A DNA stretch of 64,000 bases from Eimeria praecox (Eukaryota), in NCBI GenBank assembly GCA_963920595.1, contig OY986947.1, positions 5,642,001-5,706,000 of the forward strand, given 5' to 3'. Below, in pieces: positions 62,932-64,000 of the stretch. The notes beneath the pieces were generated by a model. That model did not search any database. It was not told where the DNA came from and saw nothing but the letters and a program-made list of their open reading frames with translations. The stretch's first letter is position 1, and the number at the start of each line of letters is the position of its first letter. The translations under genes and the position numbers were made by a program.

Positions 62932-64000
62932 CTAGCCTTGCCTGCACGAGCCTGCATCCCACATCCAGAGGAGGACGTCGCTAACATCTCTTGGGCTTTT
63001 GGGGGGTCGGGACGATTCATAGTCCCGGCAGTTCTGCGCTATGTTTCTGGGAACGACTGAACTACCCTTCCGGGGAGCCCTGCATGCCTGAAGTTTGAGT
63101 GGCCACTGCGGCCTCCACCAACGTTCGCCGTTGGCCAGGTAGTCGGCAATAAAAGCCTGAATGCTTTTGGCTTGAGCGGCTAGGAGGTGCGTTTGCTCTA
63201 TGGAGCAAAACTCGCGCTTGTACAGCTTCTCTAGTTCTTCCATTACTTGCTCCATACCACCCCTCTGCCTATGGGACAATGTGTGGCCCAGTTCTTTCAT
63301 GGTGGCCTCCAGGTTTTGCTTTTCCGACATAAGAATCTGCTGCAAATCCTCCCGCGAGTGGGCTTCCCCCAGGGCGGAGCTGAAACACTTGGCGGTATCT
63401 GCATAGACGGATTTGATAAGCCGGTGCAGCGGCCTCGTGAATTTGAGTGGATTGGCAAAAAAATGCACTGGATGGAGACTATTCAAGACTTCCATTTCAT
63501 CCCTGGTTGTCTTTTCATCCCATCTGTATGAATCAACGAACCAGCAGTTCTCCTGGGTCTGGTCCGCCGCCTTGGCTACGGCTTCTTCTGCTAGCGCCAA
63601 AACAAGGGTCATACGCAGCAGCTGCGCGTCGATGCCTTCCTCTGTCCCTGTGAGCTTTTCTGCTGCCCTTATCGAGGCCCCCGTCTGGACGGCCACATCC
63701 TGCATGCTATCAACAAAGGTGCCGAAATTCCCATTTTTCATGAACAAAGACCAAAACATGCAATGCCCACGCCACTCTCGGTTCAGTTGTTTCATCACAG
63801 TCGTCATCCTCCGATAATACTTAACGCATTCAGGGCTTATTCCAGGATCTTCAGGCTTGTCTGATACTTGGTTTGTCTCTGCGGTTTTCTCTTGAACTTT
63901 TTCTGATGTGCGCGCTCGGGCAAGTAGAATATCGAGCTCCTCAGGCGTTACTGCATCATGCCACTCCTCGCTTGCCTCTTCAACCTGTTCAGGCGTTAGT
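62932..64000 (-). CDS. Paralog B of 50855-52780, 5' part outside the window
   Basis: Frame open to the window edge (LTPEQVEEASEEWHDAVTPEEL...CVKYYRRMTTVMKQ...WDAGSCRQG*), colinear with paralog A without net indels. Confidence 0.9.
   Translation of the reverse strand, partial: LTPEQVEEASEEWHDAVTPEELDILLARARTSEKVQEKTAETNQVSDKPEDPGISPECVKYYRRMTTVMKQLNREWRGHCMFWSLFMKNGNFGTFVDSMQDVAVQTGASIRAAEKLTGTEEGIDAQLLRMTLVLALAEEAVAKAADQTQENCWFVDSYRWDEKTTRDEMEVLNSLHPVHFFANPLKFTRPLHRLIKSVYADTAKCFSSALGEAHSREDLQQILMSEKQNLEATMKELGHTLSHRQRGGMEQVMEELEKLYKREFCSIEQTHLLAAQAKSIQAFIADYLANGERWWRPQWPLKLQACRAPRKGSSVVPRNIAQNCRDYESSRPPKSPRDVSDVLLWMWDAGSCRQG

Noticed and set aside
1..64000. CRISPR arrays, tRNA, rRNA, prokaryotic operons
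   Set aside because: None recognised by eye. The sequence is spliced eukaryotic DNA, and a covariance-model scan would be needed to exclude small RNAs.

Overview
This is eukaryotic, intron-rich DNA from a coccidian apicomplexan, almost certainly an Eimeria species (eimepsin, sporozoite M16 protease, CAG homopolymer repeats, TGCATGCA motifs). The ORF track therefore shows only exon fragments, and I assembled gene models by eye from GT-AG junctions and conserved motifs. Left to right: a decayed Ty3/Gypsy retrotransposon (gag-protease-RT on -, integrase-like remnant on +, meeting at a 23-bp fold-back hairpin); a secreted acid-sphingomyelinase-like metallophosphoesterase (+); an ABCG half-transporter (-); a HELQ/Pol-theta-type helicase (+); TRAPPC13 (-); an insulysin-like M16A protease (+); an RluA-like pseudouridine synthase with a degenerate catalytic motif (-); eimepsin (+, about 17 tiny introns); an Arg/Ser-rich protein (-); dihydroorotase (+); a Qb-SNARE (+); mitochondrial bL28 (-); TMEM147 (+). 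At the right end is the most interesting part: an inverted pair of intronless secreted-effector-like paralogs (50855-52780 + and 62932->64000 -) that flank a SET-domain gene and a small membrane protein. The paralogs alternate identical and divergent tracts, a gene-conversion mosaic. The complete copy carries a signal peptide, an RRL motif, Arg-rich amphipathic helices and tandem FFAT-like motifs, suggesting a diversifying host-membrane/ER-tethering effector. No database searches were run; family calls rest on recognised motifs.
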